Assembly (NCBI GenBank): GCA_041746135.1
Contig: JBGTHQ010000002.1
Span: forward strand, 44,823-108,822
DNA length: 64,000 bases
Direction of reading: 5' to 3'
From: Sphingomonadaceae bacterium
GTDB taxonomy: Bacteria > Pseudomonadota > Alphaproteobacteria > Sphingomonadales > Sphingomonadaceae
Shown in pieces: positions 38,376-48,886 of the stretch; the stretch's first letter is position 1, and every line of letters begins with the position of its first letter. The notes under the pieces were generated by a model. That model was not told the origin of the DNA. It did no database searches and was given only the letters and a program-made list of their open reading frames with translations. Made by a program: the position numbers and the translations under genes.

Positions 38376-38616
38376 TCGCAATGGAGGGGGGATACAAATG
38401 TTTCTTCCCCCTCTGGTAGCAATTGCCGAGGAAAATGGTATCATCAACGGGTTTTTGGCCAATCCCCGGGCCCCCCTGCTCCGGCATAATGGCCTTTCTG
38501 TTGAACCGAATACTTCCAGTTTATGGCATAGCCACCTACGGCCATTTTCGTGCATTTTCCCATTTCCTTGAAAAAGGGATACATCCTATCGGCCATAGGC
38601 TTTCACTTGGTGACTC

Positions 38617-40644
38617 TTATCGCTCGAATTTCAATCCGATCCAGAATGTTTGCGGTGTTCCCAAATCGGTGGCGTCGCCGCTAATACGGGTGACGACTTT
38701 CTCGTCGAAAATATTTTCCGCGCGGCCAATGCCTGAAAAACCCGCTCCCAATGGAACCGACAGATAAGCATCCAGCGTCAGTGCGTCGGGTAGCTTCACG
38801 CTTTCGAGATCGTCTTCGAACTGGCTGCCAATATAGCGCAACGTGGCGGAAAAGCGCAGATCGTCCGAGGGTTGCCAGGCAAAAGTGGCGCTGCCCAGAT
38901 ATTCGGGCGACTGCGCGGGCCGCAAGCCGTCGAGCGCAGCAGACGTTCCCGATCCGCGCACCTTGCTGTCGCTATAGGCGCCCGATGCGCGCAGGCTGAA
39001 CGCATCTTTTTGCAGCTTAGCGGCGAGTTCGATTCCCTTGGCGAGAATGGAATCCACATTCTGCCGCTGACGCAAGTTCGGCCCCAAGGTTACATTAGCG
39101 ATCGCATCGTCCAGCCGGTTTATATAAACCGTGGCACTGAAATCCCAAAAAGCCGAAGGCGTATAGTCGAACCCGATTTCTGCCCCGCGCAGTTTTTCGA
39201 TATCCAGATTTTCGTTGGCCTGCGTCACGACCGGGAAAACGGCAAAGGGACGGTATAGTTCGTTGAGCGTCGGCAGGCGAAAGCCCGTATAGCCGGCGGC
39301 GCGCAGATAAAGTCCGCCTGGCGCATTGTATAAAAGCCCGCCGCGAAAGCTGCTCTGCCAATCGTAAGACCCGGCGAAATCCTGATCAACCGTGCGCACA
39401 CCTGCGGCCGTGGCCGAACGGAAAAAACCGTCGCGGATCGACCAGTGGTCGGCGCGCACGCCGCCGGTGAGGACAAGATTGCCCAGCGTCCAGTCGTCCT
39501 CGACAAAAAATCCGGTGGTGACATTGCGCCCGCCGGCATTACGGCGCGCGGTGACCGCACCGCTGAATGCGTTAAAGGCATCTTCGAACAACTCGCCATC
39601 GGATATGCGCGTATCCACCCCAAAACGCAGCACATGGTCGTCGCCCACGGGCGGCCGGATTTCCAGCTTTCCGCCAAGCCCCGTCGAGGGGGTCTTGCGC
39701 TGGTCGAGTACCTTGACGAACCGCGTCGAGCTGATCACGACATTGGAAAAATTGCGCGCCTGTACGTAAGCCAGCGCGTCGATCTGCCACGGTCCGCGCG
39801 AAAGGAACCTCAGGCTCGCATCCTGGCCTTCACTCTCGCTGTCGGCCCCGGCAAAACGCAGCGTGCGATCATCGCGGAAAACGAGCATGCGCGCTTGCAG
39901 TTCGCTATCGTCCGATAGCGGCGCGACGCCGCGAATGCCCGCCGACCAGTTTTCATAAGCGGCCCGCACATCGGTGCTGTCGCGCAAGTTTTCAGGAGTC
40001 GTGAAAAACCCGTCGCCGCTATCATAGCGGCCGGAAACCGTGACAAATCCGCTGCCGAGTGATTGTGCTGCGTTGGTACTGATTTCTGCGGCGTCGTTGC
40101 TGCCGTAAAAGCCTTGTGCGGAAAGGCCCGGCAGACTGTTGAGACCCGCGCTTTCGAGCTCGATAATGCCCGCCACTGCACCGGCGCCAAAAGCACCGGC
40201 CCCGCCGCCGCGCGTTACGCGGGCGCTCGCCAGGCGGTCGGGAGAAAGGGCGTTAAAAGGGATATAGCCAAAAAACGGGTCGGCCTGCGGCACGCCATCG
40301 AGCAGCACGAGTGTGCGGCTGGACGCATTGCCCCCCAACGAACGCAAGGTCGCGCCCTGCGCCGATGGATTGGCCGAGCGGCTGTCCGAACGCCGGAACT
40401 GCTGGAAACCGGCGACATCGGCCAGAATATTCTCCAGCCTGTTCGAGGCCTCGCTCGTCAATCGGTCCTGATTGATTAGGACCGAGCCGTAAGCGGGGGT
40501 TCCGGGCGGCTGGGGCAGTGCAGTGCCGGTAACGACGATAACCGTATCGTTCTCGCCCTCTTCCGCGCGCGCGTTGCGTTCTTTGCATTCCGCAGATTCG
40601 CATTGCATGGACATGAGCAACAGTAAGGGCACGGTAACGGACAT
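38617..40644 (-). CDS. TonB-dependent receptor (substrate unknown)
   Basis: A plug domain (DTVIVVTGTAL..., LRSLGGNASSRTLVLLDGVPQ) and a long beta-barrel. Confidence 0.9.
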   Translation of the reverse strand: MSVTVPLLLLMSMQCESAECKERNARAEEGENDTVIVVTGTALPQPPGTPAYGSVLINQDRLTSEASNRLENILADVAGFQQFRRSDSRSANPSAQGATLRSLGGNASSRTLVLLDGVPQADPFFGYIPFNALSPDRLASARVTRGGGAGAFGAGAVAGIIELESAGLNSLPGLSAQGFYGSNDAAEISTNAAQSLGSGFVTVSGRYDSGDGFFTTPENLRDSTDVRAAYENWSAGIRGVAPLSDDSELQARMLVFRDDRTLRFAGADSESEGQDASLRFLSRGPWQIDALAYVQARNFSNVVISSTRFVKVLDQRKTPSTGLGGKLEIRPPVGDDHVLRFGVDTRISDGELFEDAFNAFSGAVTARRNAGGRNVTTGFFVEDDWTLGNLVLTGGVRADHWSIRDGFFRSATAAGVRTVDQDFAGSYDWQSSFRGGLLYNAPGGLYLRAAGYTGFRLPTLNELYRPFAVFPVVTQANENLDIEKLRGAEIGFDYTPSAFWDFSATVYINRLDDAIANVTLGPNLRQRQNVDSILAKGIELAAKLQKDAFSLRASGAYSDSKVRGSGTSAALDGLRPAQSPEYLGSATFAWQPSDDLRFSATLRYIGSQFEDDLESVKLPDALTLDAYLSVPLGAGFSGIGRAENIFDEKVVTRISGDATDLGTPQTFWIGLKFER

Positions 40645-40696
40645 TCATTGGTTCCTTCAGAAAAGGTAGGTTTCCATAATAGAGGCGTGCCTTAGA

Positions 40697-40714
40697 CAAC
40701 AATAGTGATTGTTG
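40697..40714. promoter_or_regulatory. Candidate operator: perfect inverted repeat CAACAAT-AGTG-ATTGTTG between divergent TBDR genes
   Basis: 7+4+7 palindrome in the shared 327-bp intergenic region. It only loosely resembles a Fur box. Confidence 0.2.
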
Positions 40715-40971
40715 GACTAGGAATGAAATATATGCGCCTGCGCTTATTTCGCCGACACAGTGCAAATTCTGTGTGTTGTACGTAGCTAAGCCTTTACATC
40801 GCCATCAATTTTATATGGTAGGCGGATCAGTGAAGATATGTCTGCACTCTCGTCGCGGCAGACGGCAATGCCATGCGTAGATGCTCCCAAAACGCAAAAT
40901 ATAATATGGCTTGCAGCTCGCCAAGTTCCTGCTAATGACTTGCAATAACGACAGCCCCAAGGAAAGATCAG

Positions 40972-43158
40972 ATGTACATTCGCGCCTTCAGGACCGCAGC
41001 TCTATGTTCGGCATTGTCCACACTCACGTCAGCCGTCCCGCTTTATGCTCAGCAAAATGCGGACAAAGAAGGCCGTTCGCAAACCTTGCAGACGACCCGC
41101 GCCGGGGATACAATCATCGTTACGGCAAAGGCATATGTTCCGGACGAAAACCTTTCGGTCAATAAAACCGACATTCCCCTTATCCAGTCGCCGCAGTCTG
41201 TTTCGGTCATATCACGGGACCAGATCGATTTGCTCAACTTCATCGATGTGCAGCAAGCCGTGCGATATTCGGCCGGTGTGACAGGCGAAAATTATGGCCC
41301 TGATCTGCGCTATGATTTTCTCACAGTGCGCGGATTTATTCCCAAACAATATATTGATGGACTGGTTGCACCCTCCACGACCACGATTGCTTCAACCGGT
41401 GTCGACCTGTACGCGTTTGAATCGGTCGAAATCCTGAAGGGCCCGGTATCCGCGCTTTATGGCAGCACACCCCCCGGCGGAATTTACAATGAGACATCGC
41501 GCCGCGCCAGCCCCGTATTGGGCGGAGAAATTCGCGCAAAAGTCGGGACGGACGATTATTACGAGCTGGCCGGGACCATCACCGGCCCCGTTACACAGCG
41601 TATATCCGCGCGGTTGACGGGTCTCTATCTCAACCGGGGCGCGGAACGTGACTTTGTCGACGCGGAACGCATTTTGGTCGCGCCGACAGTTTCCATCGAC
41701 ATGGGTTCCGCGACAGAATTGACCGTCAGTGGATACTATCAAAAAGACACGGTCAACGGAGATACGAACGGTTTCCTGCCAGTCGAAGGAACACTATTGC
41801 CCAATCCCAATGGTCCGCTGCCGCGCAGTGTCAATTTGGGCGATCCCGGCAATCGCTACGAGCGCGATCAATATGCGGTCGGCGCATCTTTCTCTCACCG
41901 TTTCTCCCCCTATGTCTCTGTCGTTTCGTCCATCCGCTATAATGATTATGAGGAGCAAACGCCGCAAAATATATACGGTGGCGGCGGGTTCACCAATCGC
42001 ACCGATCCGGGACGGCCTGATTTTTTTCGCACGGTCGGACGGTTCAACTTTACTTATGCGGAAGAGGTCGAAAGCCTGTCCTCCGATACGCGCATCGATG
42101 CGGAATTTGAAACGGGCGCGTTCACGCATAAAATAATTGCAGGCGTTGACTATCGCCGCGTTGTGAATGATGCGGCATTTGGCTTCTTTTTCGATCCAGC
42201 GCCGATCGATGCGTTCGATCCGGTCTATACACTTATCAACACGCCAGCCGATCTGTACCCGACACCGTTTAACGACCAGAGGCTGCGCCAGACAGGCATA
42301 TATGCCCAGGATCACATTGGGATTGGCAATCTGTTCCTGACATTGGGCGCGCGCCACGATTGGGTGAATATAGAAAACGGCACCACGGATACGGAGACGG
42401 ATCAAAGGGCGTTTACATGGCGGGCTGGCCTTAATTATGTTACCGACAGCGGCATTGCGCCCTATCTGAGCTATGCACGTTCGTTTGAACCGGTTCTGGG
42501 CATTGACGGGGTTACCAATCAGCCTTTCGAGGAAAGCCGGGGCGAGCAGTTTGAAGGCGGCATCAAATATGATGGTCGCAGGCTGAGCGGTAATATTGAT
42601 CTATTTGCAACGGCGGCTATTTTCCATATTCGTCAGACAAATGTCGTGAGCACGGCCCCCTCCACGATACCGGTTTTCGGGACGCAGTCGGGCGAAGTCG
42701 AGGCAACGGGGGTCGAACTGGAATTCGTCGCTCGTATCAACGATCAGGTCGCGTTGAATGGCTCTTACAGTTTTACGGACAGCGAAGTGACCGCCAACGC
42801 CAATGTACCTGTAGAGATCGGCGAACCATTGCCTGTTACGCCGCGCCATCGCTTCGCCCTGTTCGGCAATTACACAGTGCAACAGGGTTCCCTGGGCGGC
42901 TTGGGAGTTGGCGCAGGGGTTCGTTACAGCAGCAAGAGCGCAGGCAGTTTACCCGGTCCATTCAATCCGGTCGTGTTTGCGGGCGATGCCTCGCTGCTGT
43001 TCGACGCCATTGTCAGTTATGATACGCCCGATTGGCGCTTTGCCCTGAATGGATCGAACATATTCGATCAGCGTTACGTTGGCCGCTGTGCCAGTGCGAC
43101 CGGCTGCAATTTCGGAGCGGGACGGCAGGTTATCGCAACCGCCACATATAAATTTTAA
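40972..43158 (+). CDS. TonB-dependent siderophore receptor (FhuA/FhuE-like)
   Basis: Plug (IIVTA..., SPQSVSVISRDQI, ILKGPVSALYGSTPPGG), a 22-strand-size barrel, and a terminal ATATYKF. Confidence 0.9.
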   Translation: MYIRAFRTAALCSALSTLTSAVPLYAQQNADKEGRSQTLQTTRAGDTIIVTAKAYVPDENLSVNKTDIPLIQSPQSVSVISRDQIDLLNFIDVQQAVRYSAGVTGENYGPDLRYDFLTVRGFIPKQYIDGLVAPSTTTIASTGVDLYAFESVEILKGPVSALYGSTPPGGIYNETSRRASPVLGGEIRAKVGTDDYYELAGTITGPVTQRISARLTGLYLNRGAERDFVDAERILVAPTVSIDMGSATELTVSGYYQKDTVNGDTNGFLPVEGTLLPNPNGPLPRSVNLGDPGNRYERDQYAVGASFSHRFSPYVSVVSSIRYNDYEEQTPQNIYGGGGFTNRTDPGRPDFFRTVGRFNFTYAEEVESLSSDTRIDAEFETGAFTHKIIAGVDYRRVVNDAAFGFFFDPAPIDAFDPVYTLINTPADLYPTPFNDQRLRQTGIYAQDHIGIGNLFLTLGARHDWVNIENGTTDTETDQRAFTWRAGLNYVTDSGIAPYLSYARSFEPVLGIDGVTNQPFEESRGEQFEGGIKYDGRRLSGNIDLFATAAIFHIRQTNVVSTAPSTIPVFGTQSGEVEATGVELEFVARINDQVALNGSYSFTDSEVTANANVPVEIGEPLPVTPRHRFALFGNYTVQQGSLGGLGVGAGVRYSSKSAGSLPGPFNPVVFAGDASLLFDAIVSYDTPDWRFALNGSNIFDQRYVGRCASATGCNFGAGRQVIATATYKF

Positions 43159-43197
43159 TCGATGGCAGCTCCTGTGGACCGGATACAATAAAGCGCA

Positions 43198-44331
43198 ATG
43201 AAGACTAACACACTTCGCGGGTGGATTTTCATCCACAAATGGAGCAGTCTGATCTGCACGCTGTTTCTGTTCATGCTATGTGTGACAGGGCTGCCGCTTG
43301 TATTTCATGAGGAAATCGACAGCGTCTTTTCAGGGGAACCGGAAGCGATGGCTGCCCCTGCGATTGTTTTAGGTGAAGCAAGCATGCTGTCTCTGGATGC
43401 CGTGCTGGACACAACATTGGCACAGAGTGCCGGCGACGTGCCGCTGTATATGAGTTTCGATACTGATCGACCCGTTGCCAATGTCACTACCGGGCGTTGG
43501 CCCTCGGTAGCGGACGGCGATATGAGTTTTTTCCCCATCGATCGTCGTAGCGGAGATATTATCGCACCGGAGGTGGCCGGGGAGCAAGGCGTGATGGACT
43601 TCATCCTTCGCTTGCACACCGACATGCTTATGGGGCTTCCGGGAATGCTTTTTCTGGGCCTTATGGGATTACTGTTTGTCATCGCGCTCATTTCCGGCGT
43701 GTTTCTATACGCTCCTTTTATGGCGCGTTTGCGCTTTGGAGAAATTAGGCGAAAACGCAATTCACGGGCCACATGGACCGATGCGCACAACCTGATTGGC
43801 ATTGTAACAATCACGTGGGCGCTTGTGGTCGGCATGACGGGTATCATCAATACGCTGACCGATCCTCTCACCGAAATATGGCAGGCTAGCGAACTCGATA
43901 TAGGCACGGGTGCCAATAACGGCCGCGCCTATACCGGCAAACTTGCGTCGATCGATACCGCGCTTGCAACTGCGCGTGAAGCATCGCCGGGCAAGGCCAT
44001 CCAGTTCATAGCCTTTCCAGGCGTCGCCTATAGCAATGACCGGGATATAGCCATTTTCATGCAGGGTGAAACCGAACTCACCAAGAGCATGTTGACGGTC
44101 GTACTTGTCAATGCCGCAACCGGCAAGCTTGAGGCGGTGCAGGACATGCCCTGGTATATGAAGACGCTACTCTACTCGCAGCCACTACATTTTGGCGATT
44201 ATGGCGGTTTGCCGATGAAGATAATATGGGCAGTGTTCGATCTTGCCCTGATCTTTCTGCTGGGAACAGGTCTATATTTGTGGAAACGCAAATGGACACG
44301 GCGTGCTATCGATCTGGCCGTTACGGATTAG
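43198..44331 (+). CDS. PepSY-associated TM-helix protein (PiuB-like)
   Basis: IHKWSSLICTLFLFMLCVTGLPLVFHEEID N-terminus, four TM helices, and a position downstream of a siderophore receptor. Confidence 0.8.
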   Translation: MKTNTLRGWIFIHKWSSLICTLFLFMLCVTGLPLVFHEEIDSVFSGEPEAMAAPAIVLGEASMLSLDAVLDTTLAQSAGDVPLYMSFDTDRPVANVTTGRWPSVADGDMSFFPIDRRSGDIIAPEVAGEQGVMDFILRLHTDMLMGLPGMLFLGLMGLLFVIALISGVFLYAPFMARLRFGEIRRKRNSRATWTDAHNLIGIVTITWALVVGMTGIINTLTDPLTEIWQASELDIGTGANNGRAYTGKLASIDTALATAREASPGKAIQFIAFPGVAYSNDRDIAIFMQGETELTKSMLTVVLVNAATGKLEAVQDMPWYMKTLLYSQPLHFGDYGGLPMKIIWAVFDLALIFLLGTGLYLWKRKWTRRAIDLAVTD

Positions 44332-44334
44332 ATT

Positions 44335-44523
44335 ATGGCAGAACGGCGCTCACGAAACTCCCCACGCCAAATATGGACGATGCCGGTTGTCCTTGCAGTG
44401 CTGACAGGCTCAGGTTTGTTCTTTGCCCTTACGGGCGATCGATACATTGATAATACCGCAAATGCGGCTTTAGCGGTTCCCGCTATCGTGGCCGCTTTGG
44501 CGATTATCGGCACGCGATCGTGA
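44335..44523 (+). CDS. Possible small membrane protein (62 aa)
   Basis: It starts 4 nt after the PepSY gene stop and has two hydrophobic helices. Confidence 0.35.
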   Translation: MAERRSRNSPRQIWTMPVVLAVLTGSGLFFALTGDRYIDNTANAALAVPAIVAALAIIGTRS

Positions 44524-44707
44524 AGCAGGTTAGCCGGTTCTGGAATATGCAGCATTAGCCGATCGCCAAGCAGCATGCAGGTTGGTTGTAGATATTATCA
44601 CTGCATAGAAAAATCACATAGATTTGCATGCATTTCTTCTGCCTTTCCACGCCTGTAGCCAACTTGTCAGTGAAGCCTTTCGCCAACAAGACGTGCCGCA
44701 GATCGCC

Positions 44708-46111
44708 TCAATCTTTTGCAGTATCCGAGAGAAGCCGGAAGCCCCAGGCGGGCAGAGTGACGGTGTCACGTGCCTTGACCGTCACTGCATTACCGGTCTG
44801 AAATTCGGTATAGTCGCCGACGGGTAGCGCATCGGTCAGCTGGGCTTTGACCGGTCGTCCCGAAAGATTGAAAAGACCCAGAACCTTATTACCCTTTTCC
44901 TGACGTACCCAAGAGAATAGCTGCTGCGGCTGGTCATTCTCGACTTTCTGCATACGCGCCCCCCATTGGCCGTTTTCCAAGGCAGGATTTGCCTTGCGAA
45001 AAGCAATCAGATCCTTGAGCAGGCGGCCATAGGCACAGTTTCTGCCCTGGCTCCAATCTATCGGGTCTTTCTCGAAAAACTCCAGACGCTTGGCGTTGCA
45101 GGCTTCCTGACCGTTATGGATCATCGGAATCCCCTCGCCAACAAAACTGAGCGCAGTCATTGCTTCCAGCGCAGGACCAAAATTCTCGCGCATCGTACCT
45201 TCCCACGCATTGCTGTCATGGTTTTCGATATAAGGCATGCGCATCGCCTCGACCGGCCATGCGCTCTCGTTTTCGGCATAATATCCGTAGAACGCGGTCG
45301 CATCCGCTTTCCCCTGCGCGATATTTTTGGCGGTCACATGCCATTCCCAGGCATATACACCGTCAAACGCACGGCGAATCATTTCCGACGACTTCCACTC
45401 CGCCAGCATGAATACCGGCTTGATTGCATCCAGTTTGGCGCGCTCCATCTCCCAGAAATCGAGCGGGACGTAGCCCGCGACATCGGCGCGGTAACCATCC
45501 ACATCGAATTCGCGGACCCAATATTCCATCGCCTCGCCTATATGTTTGCGCACACCGGGTTGCGACCATTCAAGATCGATCACGTCGGACCAGTCCCACC
45601 ATGGGGTGGGGCGAAAATCACCCTTCCAATCTTTCTCGTACCAGTCGGGATGATCGTAGCGCAACTGGTTGTCCCAAGAGGTATGGTTGGCGACCAGATC
45701 CAGTATGACGCGGAAATCCTGACCGTGCGCCGTATCGATGAAATGACGCAGATCTTCTTCAGTCCCGAACTCCGGGTTCACAGCATAATAATCCTTTACC
45801 GAATAGGGGCTGCCAAGCGTGCCCTTGCGGTTCTCCTCCCCAATGGGGTGAATCGGCATGAGCCACAGGATATCGACGCCCAGCTCCTTCAGCCGGGGCA
45901 GTTCGCGTTCCGCAGCACGAAAAGTGCCTTCCTTGGTGAATTGGCGCGTGTTGATCTGGTAGAGCACGGCATCGCGCGACCAGGACGGATGCGTTATCTC
46001 GACATAGGGTTGCGGCGCATAGGCCGAAACCGTCGCCATATCCTGGGCAGCGGTCTGGACGCAGCCGACAAGCGCCAGCGCCGCAAGAGAAGACAGGAAA
46101 ATTCGCATCAT
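44708..46111 (-). CDS. GH13 alpha-amylase-family lipoprotein
   Basis: The start is reset to MMRIFLSSLAALALVGC (ATGA overlap with the MFS gene stop at 46108-46111). GH13 motifs are DLVANH, GYRADVA, MLAEW and YIENHD. Confidence 0.9.
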   Translation of the reverse strand: MMRIFLSSLAALALVGCVQTAAQDMATVSAYAPQPYVEITHPSWSRDAVLYQINTRQFTKEGTFRAAERELPRLKELGVDILWLMPIHPIGEENRKGTLGSPYSVKDYYAVNPEFGTEEDLRHFIDTAHGQDFRVILDLVANHTSWDNQLRYDHPDWYEKDWKGDFRPTPWWDWSDVIDLEWSQPGVRKHIGEAMEYWVREFDVDGYRADVAGYVPLDFWEMERAKLDAIKPVFMLAEWKSSEMIRRAFDGVYAWEWHVTAKNIAQGKADATAFYGYYAENESAWPVEAMRMPYIENHDSNAWEGTMRENFGPALEAMTALSFVGEGIPMIHNGQEACNAKRLEFFEKDPIDWSQGRNCAYGRLLKDLIAFRKANPALENGQWGARMQKVENDQPQQLFSWVRQEKGNKVLGLFNLSGRPVKAQLTDALPVGDYTEFQTGNAVTVKARDTVTLPAWGFRLLSDTAKD

Positions 46112-47622
46112 AGTCGCTCCATCGTTATTGATTTGCCAGGTATCTGAACGCGCAACATGGCAAGCGCGGCAATCACCAGCGTTCCTGCAGCAAAGGCCAT
46201 GGTCCATATGGGCTGGGTCGGGAAAAACGTTTTCATGATTGTGCCCATCACCGTCGCGACCAGCAGCTGAGGCACGACGATGAAGACATTGAACAGTCCC
46301 ATGTAAATGCCTAGCTTCGATTGCGGCAGGCTGCTCGCAAGGATCGCATAAGGCATGGCGAGGATCGATGCCCAGGCAATTCCGATCAGCACCTCGGACA
46401 CCAGCAACAGCATGGGATCGCGGATCACGAAAAAGCTGGCGAAACCGGCCGCGCCGCACAACAGCCCAAACACATGCGTTTTCGCCTTTCCGATGTGCCG
46501 GGCAAGCAGTGGCAACAGGGTCAGCGCAGCAACCGCCGCCACGCCATTATAAGTGGCGAACAGCCATCCCACCCAGTTCGCACCCTCGTTATAAGCTGCG
46601 CTCGCCGTGTTGGTGCTGCCATAGACATATTGCGTCACGACGGGCGTGGTGTGAATCCACATTATGAATAGTGCGGACCACGTGAAAAACTGTACCAAGG
46701 CAAGCTTTTTCATGATGTCCGGCATTCCGGAGAAATCGCCCACGATCGAAGTGAGCATCCCCGAAGTATTGCCGTTTTTTGCCATCGAAATCGCTATCGC
46801 GCTCAACACGCCATAGGCGATCAGCAATCCGCCGAGCAGCAAAACTTCCTTTTCAAAATCGAATGCGGACACACCCAGAATAACGGCTAAGCCCGCCACC
46901 ATCCAGATGCCGCAATGCAGATAGCTTTTCGAGGCCAAGGCCCGCACCGGCTGTCTTGTCTCAATACCGGCCTCGCTTTGGGCGAAGCGCGCCATTTCTT
47001 CCGGACTGTATTCCCGTGTTCTAATAACCGTCCATAAGACGGTGGCCAGTATAGCGATGCCGCCGATCCAGAAGCTCAACCTCACCGTATCAGGAATACC
47101 GCCATCTGCCGCGATGTTGGATATCCCCATTTGCGCCATGAACCAGGGGATGACCGAGCCTACTACTGCGCCGACGCCGATAAATGCGGTCTGCACCGCA
47201 TAGCCAACCGTATGCTGATCCTTTCTCAACATATCGCCGACAAATGCACGGAATGGCTCCATCGAGATATTGAGGCTTGCGTCGAGCACCCATAGCAGCA
47301 CCGCAGCCATCAGCAGCACTTCGGACAGTGGCATAAGAAACAGCGACAGCCCCGCGAGAACGGCCCCGATCAAAAAATAGGGACGACGACGACCAAGTCT
47401 ACCGAGCCAGGTCTTGTCCGACAAATGACCGATCACAGGTTGCACAAGGAGCCCGGTTAGCGGAGCGGCAACCCATAAAGCGGGCAAATCGTCGATCGAG
47501 CTGCCCAGCGATTGAAAAACCCGGCTCATGTTGGCATTTTGTAACGCAAAACCCATCTGAATACCGAAATATCCGATATTAATATGCCATAAACCCCAAA
47601 ACCCTTGGCGCGGTTTTTCCAT
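46108..47622 (-). CDS. MFS sugar (maltose/maltodextrin-type, GPH/SLC45-like) transporter
   Basis: 12 TM. The start is moved to MEKPRQGFWGLW (AAGGAAG RBS). Motif GRLGRRRPY. Confidence 0.85.
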   Translation of the reverse strand: MEKPRQGFWGLWHINIGYFGIQMGFALQNANMSRVFQSLGSSIDDLPALWVAAPLTGLLVQPVIGHLSDKTWLGRLGRRRPYFLIGAVLAGLSLFLMPLSEVLLMAAVLLWVLDASLNISMEPFRAFVGDMLRKDQHTVGYAVQTAFIGVGAVVGSVIPWFMAQMGISNIAADGGIPDTVRLSFWIGGIAILATVLWTVIRTREYSPEEMARFAQSEAGIETRQPVRALASKSYLHCGIWMVAGLAVILGVSAFDFEKEVLLLGGLLIAYGVLSAIAISMAKNGNTSGMLTSIVGDFSGMPDIMKKLALVQFFTWSALFIMWIHTTPVVTQYVYGSTNTASAAYNEGANWVGWLFATYNGVAAVAALTLLPLLARHIGKAKTHVFGLLCGAAGFASFFVIRDPMLLLVSEVLIGIAWASILAMPYAILASSLPQSKLGIYMGLFNVFIVVPQLLVATVMGTIMKTFFPTQPIWTMAFAAGTLVIAALAMLRVQIPGKSITMERL

Positions 47623-47736
47623 CCGACTTCCTTTCCCATGCCCGGGCGGACTTGTGCCACCTTCGAACCTCTGGGTGACTGACATGAAAATAATCGGCCG
47701 ACAACACGTATACGAATGTGTTGCGGGCCTATAGCG

Positions 47737-48774
47737 TTAACCGAGAAAAGAACTTTTGCGGACGATCAATTGGGTCGGCAAGCGGCTATCCGGTCTTTCC
47801 TTACCCTGAATTTCGGCCAACAACGTACTGACGAGCCGTTCTCCCGCGCCCTTGATATCCTGCATGATGGTGGTGAGAGGGGGTGTGGTAAGACTGGCGG
47901 CGGGGATGTCGTCAAATCCGACCACCGCCACATCATTCGGTATCCTGAGTCCGGCAGCGGACAAGGCCCGCATCGCGCCCATAGCGATCAAATCGCTGCC
48001 GGCGAAGATGCCATCGAACGGTTTGCCTGACGCAAGCAGGCTGCAGGCAGCATCGTATCCTGCCTCTTCGGTCGTGATCGCATCATGTTGCAAAGTTTCG
48101 CCCGGTTCCATTCCCGCTTCACGTAACGCGGCACACAGTCCGCGATATCGATGGGCAAATTCAGGATAATGATCATCCGCATGTCCTAGGAAAGCGATCT
48201 GTGTGCACCCGGCTTCCAGCAGATGCCGTCCGACCAAGCGGCCGGCGTCCAGATTGTCTGACCCGATGGTGGAGCCGCTGCCGTCGCTGCTGACCGATCC
48301 CCAACGCGCAAAGTGCGTCCCTTGTTTCTGTAATTGTTCTAGCCGATCTTCGTATACGCGGTAATCGCCATAGCCGAGCAGGATGAGCCCGTCGGCGCGG
48401 TGGCTGTCCTGATATTGTACGTGCCAGTCATCCTCCATTTTCTGAAATGAGATCAACAGGTCCAATCCGTGGTTGGCGCAGGCACGGGTGATCGAACCGA
48501 GCATGGCCAAAAAAAACGGATTGATCATGCTTTCGTCAGGCGTGGGGTCCTCGAAAAAAAGCAGGGCAAAGGTGTTGGACCGCTGCGAGCGCAGCGAGGA
48601 GGCGTTCTTGTCTACTGTGTAATTCAGTTTGCGTGCGATCTTTTCGATTTTTGCGCGTGTTATTGCGCTGACCGATTTGTCGCCGCGTAGGGCGCGGCTA
48701 ACGGTGGGTTGGGAGACACCGGCTGCATAGGCAATATCGAAACTGGTCGATTTCCCGGTCGGTTTGCGGCCCAT
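47737..48774 (-). CDS. LacI-family transcriptional regulator
   Basis: N-terminal HTH FDIAYAAGVSQPTVSRALRG plus a periplasmic-binding-fold core. Confidence 0.9.
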   Translation of the reverse strand: MGRKPTGKSTSFDIAYAAGVSQPTVSRALRGDKSVSAITRAKIEKIARKLNYTVDKNASSLRSQRSNTFALLFFEDPTPDESMINPFFLAMLGSITRACANHGLDLLISFQKMEDDWHVQYQDSHRADGLILLGYGDYRVYEDRLEQLQKQGTHFARWGSVSSDGSGSTIGSDNLDAGRLVGRHLLEAGCTQIAFLGHADDHYPEFAHRYRGLCAALREAGMEPGETLQHDAITTEEAGYDAACSLLASGKPFDGIFAGSDLIAMGAMRALSAAGLRIPNDVAVVGFDDIPAASLTTPPLTTIMQDIKGAGERLVSTLLAEIQGKERPDSRLPTQLIVRKSSFLG

Positions 48775-48886
48775 TAATATCCTCCACCCGTTTGCTCTTT
48801 AGGCTTATGTCCAGATAGGACAAACCCGTCGCCAACGCAATCAAGTGCTTTGCAAATGCCGTGCCGCCAATTAAGCATTCCCGACT

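Noticed and set aside
38383-38413. Hairpin GAGGGGG...CCCCCTC between the convergent MFS and TBDR genes, as a bidirectional terminator
   Set aside because: The stem is only 7 bp with a 16-nt loop, and no U-tract follows on either strand. It is plausible but not convincing enough to list as a feature.
40645-40971. Cobalamin (or other) riboswitch upstream of the 675-aa TonB-dependent receptor
   Set aside because: I could not find a B12-box-like core (GCCACTG and its context) on either strand, and no obvious conserved multi-stem junction. Not supported.
44966-46147. 393-aa plus-strand ORF opposite the GH13 gene, and the 116-aa N-terminal extension of the 44708-46459 ORF
   Set aside because: The GH13 motifs are on the minus strand. 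The extension overlaps the MFS gene, whereas the internal MMRIF...LVGC start gives a lipoprotein signal and an ATGA overlap with the MFS stop.
48845-48858. LacI-type operator candidates (TTTGCAAA at 48848-48855; CGTATACG near 49665) in the regions flanking the LacI gene and the TBDR operon
   Set aside because: They are short palindromes without the extended 14-20-bp symmetry or central CG typical of LacI-family operators. They cannot be distinguished from chance by eye.
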